Part shown: positions 35,464 to 45,646 of the stretch, one piece after another | Position numbering within the stretch: position 1 is the first letter of the stretch | Layout of the letters: each line of letters opens with the position of its first letter | Source: Tepidisphaerales bacterium | Lineage (GTDB): Bacteria; Planctomycetota; Phycisphaerae; Tepidisphaerales; Tepidisphaeraceae | DNA: 64,000 nucleotides | Reading direction: 5' to 3' | Assembly (NCBI GenBank): GCA_038229715.1 | Contig: JBBROD010000001.1 | Location: 10,011 to 74,010 of the forward strand | Translations under genes and position numbers: made by a program | The notes under the pieces: model-generated | The model's database searches: none | Seen by the model: the letters and a program-made list of their open reading frames with translations, nothing else | Told to the model about the DNA's origin: nothing

Positions 35464-36870
35464 TTAACGGACACCAGCCGTTCCGGTTTCGATCGGGGCC
35501 GACACGTACTCGCGGGGATCGGTCACCTTCCCCGTGAGCGCGCTGGCCGCCACCGTCAACGGTGATGCCAGGTAAACCGCCGAGCTCTTGCTGCCCATCC
35601 GGCCGGGGAAGTTGCGGTTCGTGGTGCTGATGCAGACTTCCGACCCGTTAAGCCGTCCGAACGTATCGCTAGGCCCGCCGAGGCAAGCGCTGCACCCGCT
35701 CGGGCCGAGGTTGCACCCTGCATCCAGCAGGATGTCTTCGATCGATTTCTCGTTCGGGCCTTTTTCCACGCCGCGCAGGTTCAGCACCTTCATGTCCGAG
35801 TGAACCTCGGTGCTGCCCGGGACGACGAACGTCGGGATTTTGACCTTATTTCCCTTGAGGATGTTGGCCGCAAAGATCATGTCCGTGATCTTCCCGCCGG
35901 TGCAGGAACCGATGTACGCGCGGTCGAGCTTCACCTCGCGGCAGTTGTAGGCGGTGTCCTTATTGTCCGGGCTGTGCGGCTTGGCAACCATCGGCTCCAT
36001 GGTGCTCAAATCCCATTCATGTTCGAAGAAATACTTGGCGTCGGATGCGTCCTTATAGACTTCCCAGTTCGGGCGATTGCTGCGGGCGCGGACGTAATCC
36101 AGCGTCTTCTCATCGACATCGCAAACGCCGTTCTTACCGCCGGCTTCGATGGCCATGTTCGTCAGCGTCATGCGGTCTTCCAGCGTGAGACTGCCAACGC
36201 CGTCACCCGCGAAGTACATCGTGCGGTAGGTCGCGCCGTCCACGCCGATTTCCCCGATGACCGCGAGGATCAGGTCCTTAGCCGTCAGGTAGGGAGGGAT
36301 TTGGCCGTTGAACGTGAACTTCATCGTCGGCGGGACTTTCAGCCACGTTTTGCCGGTCCCGAGCGTAAACGCCGCATCGCTGTTACCCACGCCGGACGCA
36401 AACTGCCCGAACGCACCCGCCGTGCAGGTGTGGCTATCCGTGCCCAGCAGAATTTCGCCCGGGCGGACGTGACCTTCTTCCGGCAGCGCCTTGTGGCAGA
36501 CGCCTTTGTAATTCGTCTTATTCGGATCGCGGTACGGATTGGGCATGCCCGGCTCGTTCTTCACGAACTCCGCATCGTAAAAGTATTTGAGCCCCTGTTC
36601 CTTCACGAAATCGCGAAGGATCTGCACGTTACGATGGCACTTTTCATCGGACGTGAAGATGTAATGATCCGGGATCACGACGACGCGATCCTTATCCCAC
36701 ACCTTGGCGTTTCGGCCGAATTTTTCGTGGAAAATGCCGATCGTGCCCGGCCCGCAGACGTCGTGGGTCATCAGCACATCGACATCAACCCAGACGTTTT
36801 CGCCGGGAACCACGTGCGCCTTGCCAGAATGCTTGGCCAGAATCTGCTCGGTCATCGTCATGCCAGCCAT
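35464..36870 (-). CDS. leuC: 3-isopropylmalate dehydratase large subunit
   Basis: 468 aa. Aconitase-family motifs are present (GTDSHT, IGSCTGG, STTNRNFPGRMG). An AGGAG Shine-Dalgarno sequence lies upstream of ATG at 36870. Confidence 0.95.
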   Translation of the reverse strand: MAGMTMTEQILAKHSGKAHVVPGENVWVDVDVLMTHDVCGPGTIGIFHEKFGRNAKVWDKDRVVVIPDHYIFTSDEKCHRNVQILRDFVKEQGLKYFYDAEFVKNEPGMPNPYRDPNKTNYKGVCHKALPEEGHVRPGEILLGTDSHTCTAGAFGQFASGVGNSDAAFTLGTGKTWLKVPPTMKFTFNGQIPPYLTAKDLILAVIGEIGVDGATYRTMYFAGDGVGSLTLEDRMTLTNMAIEAGGKNGVCDVDEKTLDYVRARSNRPNWEVYKDASDAKYFFEHEWDLSTMEPMVAKPHSPDNKDTAYNCREVKLDRAYIGSCTGGKITDMIFAANILKGNKVKIPTFVVPGSTEVHSDMKVLNLRGVEKGPNEKSIEDILLDAGCNLGPSGCSACLGGPSDTFGRLNGSEVCISTTNRNFPGRMGSKSSAVYLASPLTVAASALTGKVTDPREYVSAPIETGTAGVR

Positions 36871-37053
36871 CGAAAAACTCCTGTCGCAAAAGCGACCAAA
36901 ACCGCCCGTGTTGTCTCACCCGAGCGAAGCAATCAATTATAGCGGGTTGGTCAAGTGCCCGCCAACCGCCGAACCGGGGAGAACTCGAGTCTATCGCGGT
37001 CGAGAGCAAAAAACCGCGTGACCATCGTGGTGCAGTTGGCTAATCTACCGGCG

Positions 37054-37704
37054 ATGTCGGATTTTATCACGAACGCGGTCCTGCTCGCCACGCTGCTGCT
37101 GGCCGGCGGGTGCGTGAGTACGAATCTGTACCTGGCGACCGAGCATCTGGAGTCGTCGGCCAGCCCGAAGAATGTTTACGTCCTCGCCGATGGATCGATG
37201 GCGATCGAGTGCGAGGTGGAGATCGGCTACCGCAGCATCACGCGAGAGACGCGGTACATCGTGGTCGAGCACGATTGGATCCGCCGGCGGTTCGAGCGCG
37301 CCGGCCAATCGCTGAAGCCCGGTCAAATGCCGCGGATTTATCTGGGATCCGATACGCCAAGCCGATACGTCACGACGAACAAGAATCGCTCCGGGTTGGC
37401 CGAGCCGGTGCCCGATCTGCTGGTCGGCGCATCGCCGCCGATCGATCTGCATCCGAACAACCAATTCCTGACCGAAGTTGTTTACAAATATGGCGTCGTG
37501 CGCGGGATCATCGAGCGCAAGGGCCTTTTGCGCGACGATATCGATCACAGCACGCGATCCGCCGGCGGGTACGCGCTGTTCACGCTGGGCATCGTCCCGG
37601 CGGTGGCGGTGGATGTGGTGACGTCGCCGGTTCAACTGGTGGTGGCGATTGTGTACTATGCGTCGCTGAAAGAGCAGTACAACCTCCAACCCGTCGGGCT
37701 GTGA
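37054..37704 (+). CDS. hypothetical lipoprotein
   Basis: ATG at 37054 gives MSDFITNAVLLATLLLAGGC (a lipobox). There are C-terminal hydrophobic helices. Confidence 0.5.
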   Translation: MSDFITNAVLLATLLLAGGCVSTNLYLATEHLESSASPKNVYVLADGSMAIECEVEIGYRSITRETRYIVVEHDWIRRRFERAGQSLKPGQMPRIYLGSDTPSRYVTTNKNRSGLAEPVPDLLVGASPPIDLHPNNQFLTEVVYKYGVVRGIIERKGLLRDDIDHSTRSAGGYALFTLGIVPAVAVDVVTSPVQLVVAIVYYASLKEQYNLQPVGL

Positions 37705-37720
37705 ACATGGCTGGCCGTTT

Positions 37721-37999
37721 GGTAGTGGGTCAGTCTGGATTGTTCCCTCGCCCGGTACGCCGAAGCATAGCGCATTTGCGCAGTAGGACAGGCATTCCTG
37801 CCTGTCACGGGACGACGTACTCGTCGGCCCGTACGGCCCGCGAAGTTCCGCGTGCCGTGACAGGCAGGAATGCCTGTCCTACTGCTGTCCCGCAGTGCAA
37901 CGCGCGCAGGGCGCGCGAGTTACAGGCGCCGGCGCGCTATGCTGCGGTACGCCGGGAGAGGGAGAATGCACGCCGAACATTTCAGACTCACCCACTACC
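37721..37999. repeat. nested composite hairpin: outer arms GGTAGTGGGTCAGTCTG / CAGACTCACCCACTACC, inner perfect 30-nt inverted repeat CAGTAGGACAGGCATTCCTGCCTGTCACGG
   Basis: Read directly. The outer arms are shared with the element at 40791-40976. Confidence 0.8.
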
Positions 38000-38082
38000 G
38001 ACCGTTTCGACGGGCCGGCCCGTTCGGCCGGCGGTTAAATCCATAAAAGTAAAGTGTTTATGACCTTTTCTGCCAGCCCATT

Positions 38083-40119
38083 TTGGCTCAAGACTGCGTG
38101 CCCGTCCGTCCGATAATCAAAGGAGTGTCCGATCGTCTCGTCCAAGCTCTGATCGAATCGCCTAACGAGGCCGCCGACGACTGTCTGCTTGAAGGGTTAC
38201 GCTTGGGCACGACGCCGGAGAAGGCGCTGTGCCTCGACGCGATCTTTCGGCGGAACACGGTTCGCGGGCTCGGCGGGGTGGTGGGGAACTTTCCGCAACT
38301 CCCGGAATCACTCCAACAACGTGTGCTGGCGAACATCCGCCAATTCCACGCAGCCCTTAGCGAGTGCGGGCGGAGCGACGAAAAGTCGGTCCGCCTTAAC
38401 GCGCTGAAACTGATCGCGCTCGGGCGACAGGCGAAACTGTCGTACGTGCTGCTCGAAAATCTCCACGCCGGCGATGACAGTTTGGCGGAGATGGCCGTCA
38501 AATCGATGGTCGCGATGGCGCTCTGGATCGTGATGGAAACGCGGGCGCTGCAGAAGGGGGTTCAGGGTTCAGGGTTCGGCGTTCATGGTGCGGAGGAAAC
38601 GCATCAGTTGAACGACGACTTGGTATCCCCCGAACCCCGAACCCCGAACCCCGAACCCTATTCTCCCGCCTCCATCTACCACGAACTGATGGAACAGCGT
38701 CCCGAAATCGAAGCCGCCGTCGCGCGGGCGCTCGATATGCACCGCGGTGCCCACTCGGCCGACTTGTTGCGGGCGACGCTGCTCCTGTGCGACTGGGCGG
38801 GTAGCAAAACGCTGGCGATCCTCAACACCGCCAAGCACGGCGGACAATCGCCGATGGTCCGCCGGCTTCAACAGCCGCCGGCGGCGGAGTCGGTAGAATC
38901 GTTTCTGCTGGGCGCGAGCCACGGGCAGTTGCGGTCGCACTTCAACATCACGTTTTCACGGATCAACGAAGCGCCGGTGCTCGACGCGCTGCTGCGCAAA
39001 ACGTACTGGCTGAAAGATCATCAGCTGCAAACCTGCATGCACCACGTCACGCGCGGCGTGTGGCTCGGCGAGCAGGAACTGCTGCACGACATCGAACGCC
39101 GCAGCCCGACCGACGCGGCGCGGATCGCGGAGTGGATCGCCTGTACGGGCGTTCACGACGTGGTGCAGGACGAGCGGATCGAGCGCCTGCGCAACCACGC
39201 GATGACCGATTTCGCCGCCCGGCTGACCGTGCTGCGGGTGGGCATCAAGCGCAAACGCGGGGCATCGGTAAAGCTCATCCAATCGTACCTGACAGACCCC
39301 GACGAGCGACTGATGCGGATGGCCGCCCGCGAGCTGATCCGCCGCAAGCCGGTGGATTACGAGAACGTGCTGTTACAGATGATGACCAGCGCGCCGGAGA
39401 GCGTGCGGCGTGTCATCAGCCGATCGATCGGGCAAGTCGGGTTTGATCTGTTCTGGTCGCGATTCGATCGGCTCGACCACGGCACGCGCAAGCAGGCCGG
39501 GCGGGCGATGCTTAAACTATTGCCCGATGCCACACTCCGGCTCGGCCGGCGGATGGCGAACGGGCAGGTCGACGACCAGCTCAAGGCCATGTCGATCGCG
39601 CAGGAACTGGGGCTCAGCGATCAGCTCCGATCGCAATTGCTCTCACTCTGCACGCACGTCAACGCCAAGGTGCGCAGCAAGGCGGTTCATGTTGTCGGCG
39701 AGATCACCGATCTTCCATCGGACGCGCTGATCGAGCGGCTGATGAGCGATACCGACGCTCGCGTGCGGGCCAACACCATCGAAATCCTCGAGGAAAAGCA
39801 GAAGACCGCGTTCTTGCCAGCCCTGGCGCAGCGGGCGCGGGCTGCCAATAACCGCGAGCGGGCTAACGCGATCAAAGCGATGCACCGCATGCGCGTCACG
39901 ACGGCCAGCACACAACTGCTTGCGATGTTGCAAGATCCGCGGCCGGAGCATCGCATCAGCGCGCTGTGGGCGCTGCGGCAGACGGGAATCTGGCAGTTGG
40001 TAAACGAGGCGGTGAAGATCGCCAAGCAGGACGAGAGCCTCAAAGTCCGCCGGTACGCACTGGCGGCGGTGAAGACGGTCGTCGAATCGGCACAATCAGC
40101 CAGGAATAAGGCCGGATGA
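38083..40119 (+). CDS. HEAT-repeat protein (hypothetical)
   Basis: 678-aa ORF with a TTG start in the track, so the start is uncertain. The C-terminal half has repeated HEAT/PBS-lyase-like units (AKVRSKAVHVVGE, ARVRANTIEILEE, EHRISALWALRQTG, LKVRRYALAAV). Confidence 0.7.
   Translation: MAQDCVPVRPIIKGVSDRLVQALIESPNEAADDCLLEGLRLGTTPEKALCLDAIFRRNTVRGLGGVVGNFPQLPESLQQRVLANIRQFHAALSECGRSDEKSVRLNALKLIALGRQAKLSYVLLENLHAGDDSLAEMAVKSMVAMALWIVMETRALQKGVQGSGFGVHGAEETHQLNDDLVSPEPRTPNPEPYSPASIYHELMEQRPEIEAAVARALDMHRGAHSADLLRATLLLCDWAGSKTLAILNTAKHGGQSPMVRRLQQPPAAESVESFLLGASHGQLRSHFNITFSRINEAPVLDALLRKTYWLKDHQLQTCMHHVTRGVWLGEQELLHDIERRSPTDAARIAEWIACTGVHDVVQDERIERLRNHAMTDFAARLTVLRVGIKRKRGASVKLIQSYLTDPDERLMRMAARELIRRKPVDYENVLLQMMTSAPESVRRVISRSIGQVGFDLFWSRFDRLDHGTRKQAGRAMLKLLPDATLRLGRRMANGQVDDQLKAMSIAQELGLSDQLRSQLLSLCTHVNAKVRSKAVHVVGEITDLPSDALIERLMSDTDARVRANTIEILEEKQKTAFLPALAQRARAANNRERANAIKAMHRMRVTTASTQLLAMLQDPRPEHRISALWALRQTGIWQLVNEAVKIAKQDESLKVRRYALAAVKTVVESAQSARNKAG
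38556..38658. repeat. GGGTTC(A/G) / CCCGAAC word hairpin located inside the HEAT-repeat CDS and translated in frame
   Basis: GGGGGTTCAGGGTTCAGGGTTCGGCGTTC ... CCCCCGAACCCCGAACCCCGAACCCCGAACCC encodes GVQGSGFGVHGAEETHQLNDDLVSPEPRTPNPEPY. Confidence 0.75.
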
Positions 40120-40634
40120 TGCTCAGCCGATCGCTCACAAATCGATGCAGCCGTTGGCTTACCGCTTACGCGGCGATGCTCGTAACGTCCGTCGCGACGG
40201 CGGCGGACAGTCCGCAAGACAAGCTCAAAAGCCTGTTCGACGGCGTGGCAGGCAAAACCGCGCCGGGCGGCACGGAAGGGCCGTCCTCTACCCACTTGCT
40301 GGCGTTTGCGATGCTCGGGTTCGGCGTGATCACGATCCTCGTCTGGTACAACAACCGCGAACAAAAACCGAAGAAGGTGCGGCAGGTCAACCACTCCCGC
40401 AAGTTGATGAAACAGATCACCCGCCAGATCGGCTTGGCCGGCGATGAAGTGAGGCAACTCAAGGTGCTGGCCGACATCCACCAACGCACCACCGGGCAGA
40501 CGTTGCAGAATCCGCTCACGCTGCTCCTGTGTCCTTCGCTGCTGACGCACTCGCTTGAAACCAACGACCTGAAGATCGACCGCCAAGTCATCTCCCGTTT
40601 GGCGCGGCGGATTTCGCAGAAGGCGAAAGCGTAG
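40116..40634 (+). CDS. hypothetical membrane protein, translationally coupled to the HEAT-repeat gene
   Basis: There is an ATGA start/stop overlap. It has a signal-like N-terminus and one TM segment (LLAFAMLGFGVITILVWY). Confidence 0.5.
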   Translation: MMLSRSLTNRCSRWLTAYAAMLVTSVATAADSPQDKLKSLFDGVAGKTAPGGTEGPSSTHLLAFAMLGFGVITILVWYNNREQKPKKVRQVNHSRKLMKQITRQIGLAGDEVRQLKVLADIHQRTTGQTLQNPLTLLLCPSLLTHSLETNDLKIDRQVISRLARRISQKAKA

Positions 40635-40680
40635 CACACTTTTCATAGTTCCCGGGACAACTAACCCGAATGTCGCTTCA

Positions 40681-40772
40681 TCCATGCGACACAGAGACAC
40701 AGAGGTTCCACAGAGAAGGGACAGAATTCTCTGTGAGGTCTCTGTGTCTCTGTGACTCTGTGTCGAATGGAT
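40681..40772. repeat. hairpin of CACAGAGA words (TCCATGCGACACAGAGACACAGAGG ... CTCTGTGTCTCTGTGACTCTGTGTCGAATGGA)
   Basis: Inverted repeat read directly. Confidence 0.8.
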
Positions 40773-40790
40773 TCTCAAGAACTTAGATCG

Positions 40791-40976
40791 GTGGGTAATG
40801 GGTCAGTCTGAAATATGATGCAACGCATTGCTTGGAACACTCAACCGTACCACGGGCCTCCGGCCCGTGCCGGCGAGTCAAAATAGCCAAGGACGTTTAT
40901 TTTCTAAGGTTCGCGCGCCACCTGCACGGGCCAGAGGCCCGTGGTACGGTCGAGTTTTTCAAACGGACCCACTACC
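40791..40976. repeat. nested hairpin: outer arms GTGGGTAATGGGTCAGTCTGAAA / TTTCAAACGGACCCACTACC, inner arms CTCAACCGTACCACGGGCCTCCGGCCCGTGC / GCACGGGCCAGAGGCCCGTGGTACGGTCGAG
   Basis: Read directly. The outer arms are related to those at 37721-37999. Confidence 0.75.
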
Positions 40977-41017
40977 GAGCGGTGAACAATTGGATGTAGC
41001 GTGCAGGCTCTGAATCC

Positions 41018-41097
41018 GTCATTCTGAGTACGCCGAAGGATCTCGGATTGCGAGCGGCTGTGGACGATCGAGATCCTTCGGCGTACCTCAAAATGAC
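41018..41097. repeat. palindromic repeat GTCATTCTGAGTACGCCGAAGGATCTCGG...CGAGATCCTTCGGCGTACCTCAAAATGAC
   Basis: Same family, and the same loop orientation, as 32101-32181. Confidence 0.85.
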
Positions 41098-41240
41098 GAC
41101 AAACGGCCACTATTGTGCCGCGACAAATGGTGCGTTGCTATCGCGAAGGTGCCCGAGTATCCCACCACCGATCGGCCAACAACAAAGCCCGCTGGAAACT
41201 CCCGCGGGCTTTGTCTTTCACTCGGATTTTCAGCAGAAGC

Positions 41241-42722
41241 CTATCGCTTCGACTGGTCGTAAAAGCCGACGAAATATAGGAACCGGTTCTGATTGAGTAC
41301 CGGGATGTGCAATTCGCGGGCATCCGCCTTGACCTTCTGGTAAGCATCCAACTCGGCTTGCGCGTCGGCCAGCTTCTTGGCGTTATCGGGGAGGGTGAGG
41401 TCTTCCGTCGAAAAACTTGGGAGTACCGGTTCCTTACCGAGCACGACGAAGTCGGTGTCGACATTCACCTGATCCATCACGTTGGACCCCCATTGGGTGA
41501 CCAGCCGCTTCATCACGTCGGTGTCCTTGTCCGTGGCAACCCCGTTGCGGTCCAGATCGAATTTGCCGTAGACGACGAACTTAAACTTCACGTTCTGGTC
41601 GTACACCAAATTGGCGATGAGGTCGCCGTCGGTGATCGTCATGCCCGGTGTGGCTTTGACGATGCGGCACTCGCTATTGGCAGCGTTGACGCGGACGATT
41701 TCGATCGAGCCCTTGCCGATCGGCATTTCGTCATCGCGAAGACCGTTGCTGCCGATAGCGGGAATGCCTTCAAGTTTGTCGTAGACTTCGAAGGTCATAC
41801 CCGCGGAGACTTCCTGACCCTGGCCGAGAGTGATGTAGACCGTGTTGCCCTTGCGCACTTCGCTGATCGCCCCGTCGGCCCGGCGGACGGCGGACTCGGT
41901 GGTGTTCATGCGGTACTGGGCAAGCTTGGTCAGCAAGCGGTCTAAGTCGCTCTGCAACTTGGCGATTTTGGCCTGAGAAGTCGTCAGCTCAAGCTGCTTG
42001 TCCTGAACGGCTTTGTTCAGCTCTTCGGACGTTTTCTTGACCTCGGCACTGAGCGCGTCAAGCTGGGCCTGCTTTTCGGACCGGTCCTTCGCGGCGTCGG
42101 TACGGGCTTTTTCAGCCTCGGCGTTGGCGGTGGCTACCTTCTGCTCGATCGTCTCAAGGGTGGCTTTAGAACTGCCCACTTCGTTGGCGTTGTCGGCAAA
42201 CTTCTTGGCGGTCGAGTTATTCGCCGCCGTGAGTTGCTGGTCTTTGGCCATCAAGGCTTTGGCTAGCGCGTCGATCGAGCCCAGGATGTTGTCCGGGTTC
42301 ACAACCACGCCTTGCAGGTTGTTGTTGGTACGAAGCTTCTTATTGACCGCTTCGATGCTGCTGGCGGCCTGGGTTTCAGCGGCCAGGCCGGCGGTGTTGG
42401 AATTGCCCGCGATGACTTTCGCCAGGCGATCGCCGCGCGTCTGTAGCACGTTCACCACCTTAAGGTTGGTGTCGGCCAGTTCCGGGTACGCTTCGCGCAG
42501 GCCTCTTACGGTCGTCTGCACATCGCTTTCGCCGACCAAGTCGCTGTCGGCGATGACGCCCTTGTACTTGGTTTCGAGCTTCACAAACTTATCCTGCTCG
42601 GCGCGCATGTTGACATTGAAATAGATCGCGAAAATCGCGGCTGTGAGGAAAAGGATTGCAAAGACGACCAGCGCGGTAATTAATCCGCCTCGTGACCCTT
42701 GCGGCTGCGTGATAGGGGGCAT
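41241..42722 (-). CDS. membrane-anchored coiled-coil protein (hypothetical); the C-terminal region is possibly BRCT-like
   Basis: 493 aa. The N-terminal TM segment is GGLITALVVFAILFLTAAIFAIYF. A long Ala/Lys/Gln-rich helical region follows. The C-terminal segment FVVYGKFDLD...VDTDFVVLGKEP gives only a weak hint of a domain. Confidence 0.6.
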   Translation of the reverse strand: MPPITQPQGSRGGLITALVVFAILFLTAAIFAIYFNVNMRAEQDKFVKLETKYKGVIADSDLVGESDVQTTVRGLREAYPELADTNLKVVNVLQTRGDRLAKVIAGNSNTAGLAAETQAASSIEAVNKKLRTNNNLQGVVVNPDNILGSIDALAKALMAKDQQLTAANNSTAKKFADNANEVGSSKATLETIEQKVATANAEAEKARTDAAKDRSEKQAQLDALSAEVKKTSEELNKAVQDKQLELTTSQAKIAKLQSDLDRLLTKLAQYRMNTTESAVRRADGAISEVRKGNTVYITLGQGQEVSAGMTFEVYDKLEGIPAIGSNGLRDDEMPIGKGSIEIVRVNAANSECRIVKATPGMTITDGDLIANLVYDQNVKFKFVVYGKFDLDRNGVATDKDTDVMKRLVTQWGSNVMDQVNVDTDFVVLGKEPVLPSFSTEDLTLPDNAKKLADAQAELDAYQKVKADARELHIPVLNQNRFLYFVGFYDQSKR

Positions 42723-42903
42723 ACCAGAATCTCCGTAAATACTCGGTGCTTAACCGGGTGAGTCGCGTAATCTATCGCCCAATGGCGATGCGGGTCAAGA
42801 ATTGTAGCTGTTCTCGACGTAAGCACTTATCGGACGGATTGCGGGTGCGACGGTAGTTTTGCCGGCCCCGGATCGGGTACACTTGCGCCTAAGGAGAATT
42901 GGT

Positions 42904-43269
42904 ATGTCAAAACTGACTGTGGAAAACATGGAAACGGTCGAGGTTCCGTCAGGAAAACGCCTTGTTAATGCCTTAATCGACGAGGCCAAGATCGATCAGA
43001 TGCACGCCTGCGGGGGCAACGCTCGCTGTACCACCTGCCGGGTCGAGTTCGTCAGCGGCGAACCCAGCCGGATCACCGAAGCCGAAAAATCGCTCCTGAC
43101 CGCCAAGGGGCTGAGCGGACAGGCGGGCCTGCGGCTGTCCTGCCAAATCATCTGCGATACGGACATGACCGTCCGGGCGATCTCGCGATTGGCCGGTACG
43201 GGTCGCGCGGATGCGGGCAAGCGCCCGACCGACGACATCGCTCCGCCGGCGGTCTGGACGACGAAGTAG
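42904..43269 (+). CDS. [2Fe-2S] ferredoxin (C-x5-C-x2-C ... C type)
   Basis: ATG at 42904. The cysteine ligand pattern is HACGGNARCTTCRV ... LSCQ. Confidence 0.85.
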   Translation: MSKLTVENMETVEVPSGKRLVNALIDEAKIDQMHACGGNARCTTCRVEFVSGEPSRITEAEKSLLTAKGLSGQAGLRLSCQIICDTDMTVRAISRLAGTGRADAGKRPTDDIAPPAVWTTK

Positions 43270-43295
43270 GGCTAGAGACCAGGTCGCCCCCATCG

Positions 43296-44576
43296 ATGAG
43301 GGAAATCGTGTCGCAACAGAGTGATGTTCCGGGTGATGTTCCGGCCGAAGTCGACCAAACCTGGCGATCCAATCCCAAATGGGCCGGCGGGCAGATCGTC
43401 GACGACCCCCGGTCGGGGCAGGCGGTGATGTGGGCGTTCGTGGCGATTTGGAATGCCTGCGTCTGGCCGGTCGCGATCCTCATCCTGGTCCGCAATGATT
43501 TGTCGAAGCAGCCGGTCGCGTTAAGCATTTTGCTGCTCCCGTTGGCGGGCCTGTTGGTGGCGTATGGCGCGTTCCGTCAGACGTTGCGCCACCGGCGGTT
43601 CGGCGTTTCGGTCCTGAAACTTGATTCCATGCCCGCCTCGCCGGGAACCGATGTGGCCGGAACGATCACCACGCCATCGTCCTTCAACGACGCGGCCGTG
43701 CAATTGCATCTGTTCTGCACCCATCGACGCATCACCGGAAGTGGAGAGCACCAGCGCACCCACGAATCAACCTTGTGGGAGGACGAACAGGAGGTTCGTT
43801 CCAAAACCGCAATGGGCAAGTCGGGTACGTCGATTACATTCCGATTCAGGCTTCCGGCCAACGTGCCGGTCTCGGATATCGCCAACTCTTACGACCAAAG
43901 GCTGTGGCGAATATCGGCAAAATCCCAACTCCCGGGCATGGAGTACCGCGCGAAATTCGAAATTCCTGTCTATCGAATTGCGACATCGAGCGGTGCGATG
44001 GAGGAAGAATCGCTAGAGCCTCTCAGGCCACTGGCAGAATCGACCCATGCCAAGCCGGCCGAGCCCGGCATCACCACAACCAAACGGATCGACGGCGGGT
44101 GGGACATCCACTTTGCCGCCGGTCGCAACAAGGGAGCAGCGGGCATCGTCGCTCTGATCGGGTTCATTTTTGCCGGTGCGGCGGTCGGCTTGGGGTATTT
44201 CGCGCACAGCTATTTGTTTGGCGCGATCCTCGGCCTGATCGCGCTGGCGATGGCGGTCGGTTTGTGGCAAATGCTGCTCGCGCAGACCCAAGTCACCGTT
44301 TCAAGAGGTACGATCAAAGTGCGCAAGTGGTCGCCGGTCCATGGCTCGACCAGGGAATGGTCGGCCGATCAGATAGAGAATATCACCTTTAAGATCACTT
44401 CTCAGGTCGGCGATAAGCCGTACTACAGTATTCGGATCCATCTCAAGGACGGCGATGCAAAGTCAGCCGGCTCGGGGATTTCTTCAAAGCGTGACACACG
44501 CTGGATTGTCGACCGTATGCGCGAATCATTGCGCCTTTCAGTTACATCCGATGCGGAAGAAATCTCCAATCGATAG
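43296..44576 (+). CDS. hypothetical membrane protein (2+2 TM helices around a soluble beta-rich insert)
   Basis: 426-aa ORF. The hydrophobic segments are VMWAFVAIWNACVWPVAILILV, VALSILLLPLAGLLVAYGAF, AAGIVALIGFIFAGAAVGLGYF and LFGAILGLIALAMAVGLWQML. Confidence 0.6.
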   Translation: MREIVSQQSDVPGDVPAEVDQTWRSNPKWAGGQIVDDPRSGQAVMWAFVAIWNACVWPVAILILVRNDLSKQPVALSILLLPLAGLLVAYGAFRQTLRHRRFGVSVLKLDSMPASPGTDVAGTITTPSSFNDAAVQLHLFCTHRRITGSGEHQRTHESTLWEDEQEVRSKTAMGKSGTSITFRFRLPANVPVSDIANSYDQRLWRISAKSQLPGMEYRAKFEIPVYRIATSSGAMEEESLEPLRPLAESTHAKPAEPGITTTKRIDGGWDIHFAAGRNKGAAGIVALIGFIFAGAAVGLGYFAHSYLFGAILGLIALAMAVGLWQMLLAQTQVTVSRGTIKVRKWSPVHGSTREWSADQIENITFKITSQVGDKPYYSIRIHLKDGDAKSAGSGISSKRDTRWIVDRMRESLRLSVTSDAEEISNR

Positions 44577-44583
44577 TCCAGGA

Positions 44584-45426
44584 TTATTTGCTTGGAACCG
44601 CCTTGATCGGCGTCGCGGAGAACGGGCTGCTGCTCAGGCGACGGGCCGTAAGGTCGATATCGGTGCTGCGGTAGGCTGAGCCCACCACGCGGAGCGAGTA
44701 GCCGGTCGGTTCGGCAACAGCATTCACCGTCAGGTAGTACGTGCCGGCTCCGAGCTTGCCGGAGATCAACTTCTTGGCCTGCGGCAGGCCTTGGGTGGTG
44801 TACAGCGTGTTGCCGTTTGAGTCGGTCAGGGTGACGTCGGCGTCTTTCACCAGGCCGCTCAGGCGGATGTCGTACTTGGTGGTTTCGGTCACAACCATTT
44901 TGTAAACGTCGGCCGAGTCGTTGTTGCCGACGTATTCATTCACGGTGCGGTTGGTGCCCAGCGGAACCGACAGTTCGCGAGCGGTCGCGGTGTCGTTGCC
45001 GGTCTGGTCGACCTTGTCGGCCGTCGCAAACGGGCTCGTGCTGTAACGCAGATTGTAGTTAATGATCGAGTTGCCTTCGGCCTGCAGTACGCGGACCTGG
45101 TAGTTGCCAACGCTCATAAACCGGCTGATCGATTCATCGGCCGCCAGGAGCTTGGCCGACTGCTGAACGACTTCGCCGCTATCAAGGCGGTTGTTGTGAT
45201 TACGGTCGTTGATCAGTTGCAGGGTAGCGTCGCCGGTAAGGCCTTCCAGACGAAGGTTGACCAGCCCGGCCTTCATTACGCGAATCATGTAGAACACTTC
45301 CTTGCGGACCTTGTTCACCTGTCCGGCGATGACCGCATCGGCAGGTTTGATATCGAGATAGGTCGGGTTGCTCAGGCTGACCGACGCATACTGACGGGAT
45401 TCGAGTTGTTCGATGAACTGTGACAT
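44584..45426 (-). CDS. protein with two pre-peptidase C-terminal (PPC)-like domains
   Basis: The upstream Shine-Dalgarno region is GGAAAGAGGAAG. The second domain (NDSADVYKMVVTETTKYDIRLSGLVKDADVTLTDSNGNTLY...LGAGTYYLTVNAV) fits the PPC pattern. No obvious signal peptide. Confidence 0.55.
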   Translation of the reverse strand: MSQFIEQLESRQYASVSLSNPTYLDIKPADAVIAGQVNKVRKEVFYMIRVMKAGLVNLRLEGLTGDATLQLINDRNHNNRLDSGEVVQQSAKLLAADESISRFMSVGNYQVRVLQAEGNSIINYNLRYSTSPFATADKVDQTGNDTATARELSVPLGTNRTVNEYVGNNDSADVYKMVVTETTKYDIRLSGLVKDADVTLTDSNGNTLYTTQGLPQAKKLISGKLGAGTYYLTVNAVAEPTGYSLRVVGSAYRSTDIDLTARRLSSSPFSATPIKAVPSK

Positions 45427-45646
45427 TTCTTCCTCTTTCCTTTACGGCCGCTGGCGAGCGGCTGACAGAAGGGATGTCACATTCAATGTGCGAGAAGGCA
45501 AACCCGAAGAAAAGTTTTTTTGTTTTGCGCGCAGTGCCGATTTTATCGGACGCTTACGGTGTGCCCGCTCATCGGCTGCGACCTTCAAGCTTCCGATTGA
45601 AGCGGGGCAAAAGCAAATCAGGTGCTCGGGCTGCTCCGCAAAAACA

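Noticed and set aside
37110-38063. 317-aa plus-strand ORF
   Set aside because: It overlaps the lipoprotein gene in another frame and then reads straight through the 37721-37999 nested hairpin. The sequence is Arg-rich and not protein-like.
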